From positions 5,888 through 69,887 of the forward strand of contig CAZSCV010000002.1 of NCBI GenBank assembly GCA_964605525.1: a DNA stretch of 64,000 nt, given 5' to 3'. Position numbers and translations under genes: made by a program. The notes beneath the pieces are model-generated. The model saw only the letters and a program-made list of their open reading frames with translations, made no database searches and had not been told where the DNA came from. Positions within the stretch are counted from its first letter, which is position 1, and every line of letters begins with the position of its first letter. Positions 30,649 to 38,491 of this stretch are shown here, one piece after another. The DNA comes from an uncultured Bdellovibrionales bacterium. GTDB lineage: Bacteria; Patescibacteriota; Minisyncoccia; Moranbacterales; UBA9337.

Positions 30649-30690
30649 AAATATTACCATATTACGAAATATGGTAATATTTTAATCTGG
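30649..30690 (+). terminator. AT-rich 15-bp perfect hairpin (AAATATTACCATATT-acgaa-AATATGGTAATATTT) plus T-rich tail, 5 nt after the hypD stop
   Basis: Exact inverted repeat followed by TTAATCTGG; marks the operon boundary before the inserted island. Confidence 0.55.
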
Positions 30691-30767
30691 AACAATGAAT
30701 TTGTCCCAAAACAAGCCAAAATATTTACATTAGGGTTCAAAAAGAGTAATATGAAATCATACATAAT

Positions 30768-31343
30768 ATGAATGAAGGAATTCGGATAGACAATATTAAA
30801 TTGCATCCTATTTTTGAAGATATAGAAAGTATCTTTTGGTTTTTTATTTTAGCAAATAATACGCTAGCTAATCCAGAGACTAGGAATATTATAAAAAAGG
30901 GAAATGATCCCGTTATAATTTCAATGCTTGAGAAATATGAAAATAATGTAGGTTTAAAAACAAAAATAAATAATAGAAATAACAGATATAATTCTAAAGC
31001 TAATATAAAAAAAGAAACGATTGTTATTGGGAAAACAATGGCTATCCTTACGTATGATTATATCTTGTTATCGGAATATTTTTCAATTCTTTCTCCGTTG
31101 GAAGAATTTAAGTTTCTAAAATTTATTAGAAATGGCGCTGCTCATTGTAATAAGTTTAACCTGAAGGACGAAAAGGGGAATTGGAAGCTTAGCGAAAGAG
31201 AGTTAATTAGTTGGAATGAAAAAAATATTGATAGAGGATTACATAAGACCACGGTTTTCAATAATTTCGTGTTTTTTGGTGATATGTTTTTGTTGGCAAA
31301 TTTTTTCTCAGAAAAAATAAAAGAATTTAATGGGTCAAAATAA
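30768..31343 (+). CDS. hypothetical protein with an Rx4H (RNGAAH) motif; possible HEPN-domain RNase
   Basis: FIRNGAAHCNKF fits the HEPN R-x4-6-H signature; otherwise no similarity recognised; AT-rich codon usage. Confidence 0.4.
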   Translation: MNEGIRIDNIKLHPIFEDIESIFWFFILANNTLANPETRNIIKKGNDPVIISMLEKYENNVGLKTKINNRNNRYNSKANIKKETIVIGKTMAILTYDYILLSEYFSILSPLEEFKFLKFIRNGAAHCNKFNLKDEKGNWKLSERELISWNEKNIDRGLHKTTVFNNFVFFGDMFLLANFFSEKIKEFNGSK

Positions 31344-31474
31344 TTTATATCCTAATATAGTGAATTTTATCAAATCCAAGGGCTATAAAATTAGATAAAA
31401 TTTTATGTTACACAGAATTTTCATAAATATTAAAAAATCCCATGGAAGTGAAAGTCTATCGAAGTCAGTTTCCT

Positions 31475-31488
31475 TGTGGATATCCACA
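31475..31488 (+). promoter_or_regulatory. 14-bp perfect palindrome TGTGGATATCCACA (operator-like dyad) 59 bp upstream of the 542-aa gene
   Basis: Exact dyad symmetry in a locally GC-richer patch of the intergenic region. Confidence 0.35.
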
Positions 31489-31546
31489 CCGTCAAGAGGC
31501 GGACTAGATCAAAAATCAACCAATCAAAATTATTTTAGCACATATT

Positions 31547-33175
31547 ATGATAAAAAATAAAACAACAGATGAACAATTTAAAAAATGGCTTGAAGAGTCC
31601 GAAGGGATGAACTTGGAATTCAAAAAAGCGGAAAACAGTTTCAGTAAAACAAAAAATCTACCTGATTACTGTGCGGCAATTGCGAATGAAGGAGGAGGAA
31701 AATTAATATTGGGCGTTGATAATAACAAGAATATGTTCGGAACTAGCGCGTTTTTGGGAACATCTGACGGATTGTCGCACTATTTGTTGCAGAATCTTGG
31801 AATTAGGGTTGATGTTGAAGAAAAAATTTACCAGGAAAAAAGAGCGATTATTTTTCATATACCTGCCCGTCCGGTCGGAAGGATCGTGAGATCGACCGGG
31901 GAATATAATTATCCAATGCGAGCGGGTAGTTCTTTGGTTGAGATGAATCAAGATAAGATCAAAGAAATATTAAATGAAACAGAGCCCGATTTTTCTTGCC
32001 AGAATGTGAAAAATTTTTCATTGGCAGATATCGACGAAGAAGCGATAGATAATTTCAAGAAAATTTGGGCAAAAAAACAAAACAAGAAAGACTATCTGAC
32101 CTTTTCAATGGAGAAAACTTTAAAATCAATTGGCGCGATGGATGACGAGGGATTAAACAATGCCGCTTTGATACTTTTTGGTAAAAAGCGAAAAATTGAT
32201 CAACTGCTTCCTTGTGCTGAAATTATATTTGAGTGGAGACAGGTATCAAAAATTCGTCATGATTTTAGGAAGGATTGGAGAGAACCGTTTTTTAAGATTT
32301 ATGATGAAATTTGGGAAGTTATTAATGCAAGAAATTTAAGATTTCCATATCACGAAGGATTTATTCAGAAGGAAGTTGTTGCATTTAATGAAGAATCTAT
32401 CAGGGAAGCCATAGCGAATGCGATTGCGCATCGGGATTATAATGTTCAATCCTCTTCTATATTTATTAAGGCAACGTCGGAAAAATTTTCCATAAAGAGT
32501 CCTGGCGGGTTCGTTAACGGAGTAAATGCGGATAATATTCTCGAGAAATCGGAGTGGAGAAACCGGAGAATTGCGGAGATATTTCAGTTGGCTGGATTAG
32601 TTGAACGTTCAGGTCAGGGAATGGATATCATATTTGGTAATACTATACAGGAAGGAAAGGGTCTGCCTGATTTTTTGGGAACTGATAATTATTCTGTTAC
32701 TTTGAATATCCCAGCTACAGTAAAAGACAAGGAGTTTATAATGTTTTTGGAAAGAATAATAAATCAAAGACAAATCGCCTTATCTTTTGAAGAAATTTTG
32801 GAGTTAGAAAAAATAAGAGAAGAGAAAAAAGTTAAGGATATTGATTTTAAGGATAAATTTATAAAGCTTGGAATTGTGGAAAAAGTGGGAAAAACAAGCG
32901 GTTCTCAATATGTTTTATCTCATCGATATTATTCATTTAAAAATAAACTAGGTTTATATACTAGAATTGTTGGAATATCACGCGATGAAAAAAAACAATT
33001 AATTTTAACGCATCTCAAAAAGAACGAGAGGGGATTTGCACGAGATCTAAAAGATGCTTTTCCTGACTTGAAACCGAAAGACGTGTCAAATTTATTGCAA
33101 GAATTAAAAAAAGAGGGAAAAATTAAGCATAAAGGATCAGATAGAGGCGGTTATTGGATTTTATTAAACAAATAA
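31547..33175 (+). CDS. Schlafen-like AlbA_2 + HATPase_c_4 (RecG C-terminal-like) + wHTH protein; putative ATP-binding DNA-binding regulator/defence protein
   Basis: N-terminal EFKKAENSF..LPDYCAAIANEGGGKLILGVD matches the AlbA_2 (divergent AAA/Schlafen core) signature; AIAHRDYNVQSSSIFIK..SPGG matches HATPase_c_4; C-terminal winged-helix-like region. Confidence 0.65.
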   Translation: MIKNKTTDEQFKKWLEESEGMNLEFKKAENSFSKTKNLPDYCAAIANEGGGKLILGVDNNKNMFGTSAFLGTSDGLSHYLLQNLGIRVDVEEKIYQEKRAIIFHIPARPVGRIVRSTGEYNYPMRAGSSLVEMNQDKIKEILNETEPDFSCQNVKNFSLADIDEEAIDNFKKIWAKKQNKKDYLTFSMEKTLKSIGAMDDEGLNNAALILFGKKRKIDQLLPCAEIIFEWRQVSKIRHDFRKDWREPFFKIYDEIWEVINARNLRFPYHEGFIQKEVVAFNEESIREAIANAIAHRDYNVQSSSIFIKATSEKFSIKSPGGFVNGVNADNILEKSEWRNRRIAEIFQLAGLVERSGQGMDIIFGNTIQEGKGLPDFLGTDNYSVTLNIPATVKDKEFIMFLERIINQRQIALSFEEILELEKIREEKKVKDIDFKDKFIKLGIVEKVGKTSGSQYVLSHRYYSFKNKLGLYTRIVGISRDEKKQLILTHLKKNERGFARDLKDAFPDLKPKDVSNLLQELKKEGKIKHKGSDRGGYWILLNK

Positions 33176-33207
33176 ATTAGATGTAATTAGATGTAATTAG
33201 ATGTAAT
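33176..33207 (+). repeat. tandem 10-mer (ATTAGATGTA)x3 immediately after the 542-aa gene stop
   Basis: Direct reading of the sequence. Confidence 0.8.
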
Positions 33208-33500
33208 TTTTTTAATAAGGCTTATTTAACGCCGATATAAAACGATTGAAGTAGCAGAAAAATAGACAATTAAAAAATATAGCATTTTTTGATTCGGTTT
33301 AATAGCTCTGGTATTGATAAATTTAGATAGTAGAAGAAAGTTTATTGTTTCCGTAGGTATAAAAAAAGAAAACCCCCTGCTTTAACGAAACGCCTTACGG
33401 TATTTCAACGCAGGAGGAATTACTTCTATGTGTTAATACTACAATAAATGCAATTTTATTGCAATATCTGATATTTTTGCTAAAATAAGCCAAAATTATT

Positions 33501-34529
33501 ATGAAAAATGAAAATATTACTTTGGATGAGGGGGGTGGGGGGTATAAATCCGGGGAGTTGATTTCCGGGATTCGGAAGATTTTAGGCGTGGCGGGGAAAA
33601 ATGGAAAGTGGAAAAATTGCGAGGATGATGGGGCGGTGTTTCCGTTTGGCAGGGAAAAATTGGTATTCACGACGGATGCGTATATCGTCGATCCGATATT
33701 TTTTCCAGGCGGAGATATCGGGAAAATCGCGATGAGCGGGACGATCAATGACCTTTCGGTGATGGGCGCGCGTCCGATCGGGATTTCGCTTAGCATCGTG
33801 ATGGAAGAAGGTTTTCCCAAAAGCGATCTGGAAAAAATAATCCGATCGATTGCGGCGGTTTCCAAAGAATCGGGCGTGCCGGTAGTAACGGGCGATACGA
33901 AAGTGACGGAAAAGGGGAAAATAGACAAGATTGAAATCACCACGGCCGGAGTTGGCTTGGCGGAAAATGTTATTTCAAATAACGGGGTAAAACCCGGGGA
34001 TTTCATCATAACCAGCGGGGATTTGGGCGAGCATGCGGTGGCGCTTTTGGCGACAAGGTTTAATTATAGGACGAGAATAAAAAGCGACAGTAAACCGCTT
34101 AATAAGGAAATTGAAAAAGTCGGAAAGTGGCTCAATGCTTGCAAGGATCCGACGCGCGGAGGGTTGGCGGCGATATTGAATGAAGTGGCGGAAAAATCCC
34201 GCGTGAAAATTATTCTTGACGAGGAAACTTTGCCGTACAAAAAAGAGGTGGTGGCGGTGACGGAGCTTTTGGGCTTGGATATTTTTTCGCTGGCAAGTGA
34301 AGGAAGATTTGTAGCTAGTGTTTTGCCGGAAAATGTGGAGAAAGTTTTAAAAGTTTTAAGGATTTTTAACAAAGAAGCGAAAATTATCGGAAGGGCGGAA
34401 AATGGGAAGAAAAAAGGGAAAAATGGGGAAGAAAAAAGGGGAAAACCTGGCGTTTATTTGAAAACTAATCTCGGAAGTCTGCGTCCGATCGAAATGCCAA
34501 AAGGGAAGTTAGTGCCGAGGATTTGCTAG
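33501..34529 (+). CDS. hypE: hydrogenase maturation factor HypE
   Basis: AIR-synthase-related fold; DAYIVDPIFFPGGDIGKIAMSGTINDLSVMGARP and conserved C-terminal PRIC. Confidence 0.92.
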   Translation: MKNENITLDEGGGGYKSGELISGIRKILGVAGKNGKWKNCEDDGAVFPFGREKLVFTTDAYIVDPIFFPGGDIGKIAMSGTINDLSVMGARPIGISLSIVMEEGFPKSDLEKIIRSIAAVSKESGVPVVTGDTKVTEKGKIDKIEITTAGVGLAENVISNNGVKPGDFIITSGDLGEHAVALLATRFNYRTRIKSDSKPLNKEIEKVGKWLNACKDPTRGGLAAILNEVAEKSRVKIILDEETLPYKKEVVAVTELLGLDIFSLASEGRFVASVLPENVEKVLKVLRIFNKEAKIIGRAENGKKKGKNGEEKRGKPGVYLKTNLGSLRPIEMPKGKLVPRIC

Positions 34530-34602
34530 GTATTATTTTTAGTGCTAGTATTTTTTTAGTTGTTTCTGTGGGCTAAAAAATACAAAATAGAGGAGGTATC
34601 AA

Positions 34603-34875
34603 ATGTATTTTAATTGGGTTGATTTCGTAGCTCTTTGGTTGGGTAGGGGCATTATTTATGCGTCTTTGGCAGTTTTTATATATTTATCTCTGTATTGGGC
34701 GTATATTGATTTTTTTCGAAAAAGACCATATTGTCCGAAATGTGGTTCGCGAAAATTGGCGACGGTCTGTGGAAATTCTTCAGGAGGTTATAGGTGTGCG
34801 GATTGTAGCACGCATTATTGGTGGGTGGGTGGATTGTGGCGGAGAGGAAAAAGCACACTTCAAAAACCCAAGTAA
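34603..34875 (+). CDS. small membrane protein with a C-terminal zinc-ribbon (CPKCG..CADC)
   Basis: Strong SD GAGGAGGT 8 nt upstream; 2 predicted TM helices; C4 motif; its 3' end overlaps the hypF-like gene, which runs convergently. Confidence 0.5.
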   Translation: MYFNWVDFVALWLGRGIIYASLAVFIYLSLYWAYIDFFRKRPYCPKCGSRKLATVCGNSSGGYRCADCSTHYWWVGGLWRRGKSTLQKPK

Positions 34876-36224
34876 TAAACAATTTGCCCAAAACTTAATC
34901 CTGCGTCGCCTCGGGGGATGGCCGGTGTTTCCGAAATGGAGATGCCGGCTTTTTTATTTTGTTTGGAGAAATATTGCGAGATTATTTTGTTATTGGAAAT
35001 TCCGCCAGAGAGGATGATGGGTGGCAGTTTGGAGGATTTCTGGATTCCCGCCTCCGCGGGAATGACAAGAGAGTGTTTTTTTATGATTTCATGGAGTCCT
35101 TGCGCAATGTAAAGCTGGGCGGTGGCGGCGAGGCGTTTTTTGTCTTTGTTTATGTTTTTAATCAGGTATTCGAATAAAAAAGTTGTATTTAAAATTGAAT
35201 TGTTTTTTATAATATTGATTTTCGGTTTTAGATCCGTGTATGGCGCGGAAGAATTAATTTCCAATAGATATGTTGCCTGATGTTTTGATTTTCTTTCATT
35301 TTTGCAAAAACCCAAAAGCAATGACACGGCATCCAAAATCCTGCCAGTGCTGGAAGTTTCTATACAGTTGAAATTTTGCTCAAGTTGGTTATATAAAAGT
35401 TCAAACTGATTTCGCGAGTAATATTTTTTAACGAAGTGAAATATGAAATCTTTTTTGTTTTTAAATTTATAAATTTTGTCATTGTTTGAAAATTTAAAAT
35501 TGAAAATTGAAAATTTATCCAAAATTGATATCAGTATTCTCGCCGGTTCCCGAATCGCCAACTCCCCGCCAATCATTATTTGATTTTCAAGATGCCCGAT
35601 CCTTTCAATTCGCATTTTTTGTTTGAAAATTTTGTCATTTGAATTTGAAAATTGTTTGGAAATTGCCAGCCCTAGGCTGGTCCGCCTTGGGCGGAAAAAT
35701 TGGAAATTGGAAATTGCGAAGCATTCTCCTCCCCAAATTTTCCCATCAGTGCCATATCCCGTGCCATCGAGAGCGATGCCATAAAATAAATTTGGAATTT
35801 GAACATTGGAATTTGAAAATTGTTTGGAAATTGCCAGCCCTAGGCTGGTCCGCCTTGGGCGGAAAAATTGGAAATTGGAAATTATCATATTTTTTCCCAG
35901 CTGGGAAAAAATATGAGCTATGTGGTGCTGGACTTGGATGTGTTTCGCTTTGTATTTTTTGGAAAGCTCGATTCCCAGTCGCGTGGTTTTGAAATCCGGA
36001 TGCAGGTCGGTGAGAATGACATCCGGTTTTATTTTCTTATTTTTTAAATATTTATTTAACTCTGTTTCGTATTTAGTGAAATTCACTTCTTTCAGAAGGT
36101 CGCCGAAATTTTGGGAGAAATGAATAATCCCATTTTTGAAAATTGAAAAATTCCCTGCAGATTCTGCGCCGAGGGCGAGGATGGTTTTTTTTGATCGGAT
36201 GTTCGGAACGCTGAATGTTTGCAT
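34860..36224 (-). CDS. hypF: HypF-like carbamoyltransferase, Kae1/YgjD-like C-terminal domain only (lacks the acylphosphatase, Zn-finger and YrdC domains)
   Basis: ILALGAESAGNFSIFKNGIIHFSQNFGDL, HPDFKTT, GIALDGTGYGTDGKIWGGE, LSGGISNN and C-terminal PRGDAGLSFGQ all match the HypF C-terminal domain; no room for the N-terminal domains before the next gene. Confidence 0.7.
   Translation of the reverse strand: MQTFSVPNIRSKKTILALGAESAGNFSIFKNGIIHFSQNFGDLLKEVNFTKYETELNKYLKNKKIKPDVILTDLHPDFKTTRLGIELSKKYKAKHIQVQHHIAHIFSQLGKNMIISNFQFFRPRRTSLGLAISKQFSNSNVQIPNLFYGIALDGTGYGTDGKIWGGECFAISNFQFFRPRRTSLGLAISKQFSNSNDKIFKQKMRIERIGHLENQIMIGGELAIREPARILISILDKFSIFNFKFSNNDKIYKFKNKKDFIFHFVKKYYSRNQFELLYNQLEQNFNCIETSSTGRILDAVSLLLGFCKNERKSKHQATYLLEINSSAPYTDLKPKINIIKNNSILNTTFLFEYLIKNINKDKKRLAATAQLYIAQGLHEIIKKHSLVIPAEAGIQKSSKLPPIILSGGISNNKIISQYFSKQNKKAGISISETPAIPRGDAGLSFGQIVYYLGF
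35641..35883. repeat. two identical 75-bp GC-rich palindrome-containing repeats (35641-35715 and 35809-35883) inserted in-frame within the hypF-like CDS
   Basis: Identical 75-nt copies spaced 168 bp apart; each carries CCAGCC-cta-GGCTGG and CCGCC-ttg-GGCGG hairpins; they encode the duplicated peptide ISNFQFFRPRRTSLGLAISKQFSNS flanking the conserved DGTGYG..WGGE motif. Confidence 0.85.
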
Positions 36225-36514
36225 AAGTTTGCGGAGGTCAAATCTCCATATTTTGGATATTTTAAGTATATCAGTATTTTTTCCAATTTAAAAAGCCCTC
36301 AATTCAAGACGGCTCATGAATCCCGTTTAAGATAATATCGGAAAAAAATAAATTTTTTCCCTGGTAATCCAGGTGGGTTTCAACGTTTTTACCGCCTATC
36401 CTGAAGGCTTTGTTTTTAGTATACTGCAATTTTTGAAAAATTGCCACAAAAATTTACTTGTTGCTCGTTTTGCGTTAGAATGTAAGAGTAATTTCTGAAA
36501 AACAAAAAATAATA

Positions 36515-37249
36515 ATGAATAAGGCTAATTTGATATTTTTAGATACAGAGACGACAGGAAACGACTCGGAAGCGCGTCTTTGCCAAGTAGCATATAAATT
36601 TGGTGGTAAAGAGGTTGAAGGTTTTTTCAAGCCCCCGATTCCAATTTCCATTGAAGCGATGTCTATTTCACATATTACCAATAAAATGGTTGAAGACAAA
36701 GAATCTTTTTTCGATTCAAAAATGAAAAAAGATTTGGAAAGGATTTTTTCTGAGGGAAATATTCTAGTGGCTCACAATGCGGATTTTGATTCAAATATAC
36801 TTAAAAATGACGGGGTAATTATTGGAAAGAAAATTGATACTGTAAAAATTGCCCAGTATTTGGATGAGAAAGGGGATATTCCGCGATACAGCTTGCAATA
36901 TTTGCGGTATTATTTCGATATTGATCTTGATCCAAAAAATGCTCCGGCGCACAATGCATTGGGGGATATCCGCGTTTTGGAAAAACTTTTTGATTACCTT
37001 TTTGAAAAGATGGAGGAAAATCTCATTAGTGAAGAAGAAGTTTTGGAAAAAATGTTGGAGATTTCCGCTTTGCCGGTTTTGATGAAAAAATTTGGGTTCG
37101 GAAAATATAAAGGGGAAAAAGTGGAGGATGTTTTCCAGAGAGATCCGGGATATTTGAAGTGGCTTTGGGAGCAAAAGAAAAAAGCCCAACAGCAAGGAGA
37201 GGAAAATGATGAAAATTGGATTTATACCTTGGAATATTATTTGAGTTGA
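36515..37249 (+). CDS. DnaQ-like 3'-5' exonuclease (DEDDh family) with a C-terminal extension
   Basis: Exo I LIFLDTETTG, Exo II VAHNADFD, Exo III HNALGDIRV. Confidence 0.75.
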   Translation: MNKANLIFLDTETTGNDSEARLCQVAYKFGGKEVEGFFKPPIPISIEAMSISHITNKMVEDKESFFDSKMKKDLERIFSEGNILVAHNADFDSNILKNDGVIIGKKIDTVKIAQYLDEKGDIPRYSLQYLRYYFDIDLDPKNAPAHNALGDIRVLEKLFDYLFEKMEENLISEEEVLEKMLEISALPVLMKKFGFGKYKGEKVEDVFQRDPGYLKWLWEQKKKAQQQGEENDENWIYTLEYYLS

Positions 37250-37300
37250 TTTTTTTTGTCTCTTGTAATATGTCGTGGAATAAATAATAAAGCACTTGAA

Positions 37301-37876
37301 ATGAAAAAAACAAAAGCATTCACACTTATTGAACTTTTAATTGTTATTGCAATAATTGGAATTTTAGCAAGCGTGGTTCTGGTTAGTTTAAATAGCGCAA
37401 GGAAAAAGGCCAGGGAGGCGAAATATATCAGTTATGTTTCCCAGATGACGGGGGCGGTAAGATCTGCTATTCAGGCTGGATATTTTGACGGTATAAATAA
37501 TAATCAATCCGGGTGTTTGGGGGATTATAGCGGGGGTGGCAGTTGCTTTGGATCATTAAATAATAATGTTGTTATAAATAATGCATTGCAACAGATAGTA
37601 TCAAATATTCCTATTGGAGAGCGTCCACCTAATACACCCGACAGTTTCGGAGTTTATATGTCGGTTGTTACGAATGATGCTTTTAATCCCAATATTAATT
37701 ATGCCTGGGTTGGAGCTGTTATTGGGAATGACAGTTCCAGTGAAGATATATGTGAAAAATTCGGATGGGGGACAAAGGGAAATATGGGCAATGTCGATGA
37801 AGATGGTTTTTACGTTGTATATGAGCAATTAGGAATATCTGTTTGTATGGACTGGATTTTTATTAAAAATAAATAA
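37301..37876 (+). CDS. type IV pilin / pseudopilin-like protein
   Basis: Class III signal peptide and N-methylation motif KAFTLIELLIVIAIIGILASVVL; start set at ATG 37301. Confidence 0.85.
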   Translation: MKKTKAFTLIELLIVIAIIGILASVVLVSLNSARKKAREAKYISYVSQMTGAVRSAIQAGYFDGINNNQSGCLGDYSGGGSCFGSLNNNVVINNALQQIVSNIPIGERPPNTPDSFGVYMSVVTNDAFNPNINYAWVGAVIGNDSSSEDICEKFGWGTKGNMGNVDEDGFYVVYEQLGISVCMDWIFIKNK

Positions 37877-37932
37877 TTTTTTTGTTTTTTTTCTGAAATA
37901 TGTTAAAATGAAAATGTTATAAAAATAAAAAT

Positions 37933-38478
37933 ATGAAAAATAAAAAAGCGTTTACGTTGATTGAACTTTTGATCGTAATTGCGATCATTGGAATTTTGGC
38001 AAGTGTTGTGCTGGTGAGTTTGAATAGTGCACGACAGAAAACAAGAGATGGTGCGGTTCTAAAAATGATGCGAGGGGTTTCTGCTTCAGCTACTTTATGT
38101 TTGCAAGAAAGATCAACAACTATCACTCGAATAAATTATCCAACGAACGCGAATAGCAAGATAATCTGCAGAGATCAAGCTACGGGCGTTTATTTGCCCA
38201 CATATTCGGATTGGCCGTATAGTGGAGATCTGGATGGTAACGGAACATATGATCTTATAGATAAATATAGTTGGCGTTATTATTATTGGTGCACTCCGGG
38301 GTATTCCGGGACAACTGATCCTGGTAGTTGCGGCGGATATGCTAATGGAACTTGCGGGGGTAATTATGCCACGGGAGAGTTCTGTTACGCGGTTTATTCC
38401 GGCGGAGCGAATACTGCAGCTAATCATGCAAAGGCTGTATGGTGTACAGAAAAAGGATGTGGAAAATCTGGATTTTAG
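37933..38478 (+). CDS. type IV pilin / pseudopilin-like protein (second copy, Cys-rich C-terminus)
   Basis: KAFTLIELLIVIAIIGILASVVLVSLNSAR prepilin N-terminus; 10 Cys in the C-terminal half. Confidence 0.85.
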   Translation: MKNKKAFTLIELLIVIAIIGILASVVLVSLNSARQKTRDGAVLKMMRGVSASATLCLQERSTTITRINYPTNANSKIICRDQATGVYLPTYSDWPYSGDLDGNGTYDLIDKYSWRYYYWCTPGYSGTTDPGSCGGYANGTCGGNYATGEFCYAVYSGGANTAANHAKAVWCTEKGCGKSGF

Positions 38479-38491
38479 ACTTTATAATAAT

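Noticed and set aside
31441-31510. GC-richer patch considered as a tRNA or small RNA gene
   Set aside because: No tRNA-like T-loop (GTTCGAATC-type) or acceptor pairing could be found. The only clear feature is the 14-bp dyad reported as a possible operator. No rRNA, tRNA, tmRNA or SRP RNA signatures were recognised anywhere in the window.
33395-34009. 204-aa minus-strand ORF
   Set aside because: Lies entirely opposite hypE, whose identity is certain; it is a proline/serine-rich antisense translation.
38339-38491. 5' extension of the hydrogenase small-subunit ORF
   Set aside because: The extension overlaps the pilin 2 coding region in another frame. The conserved small-subunit N-terminus starts at M52 (ATG 38492), with TATAAT just upstream.
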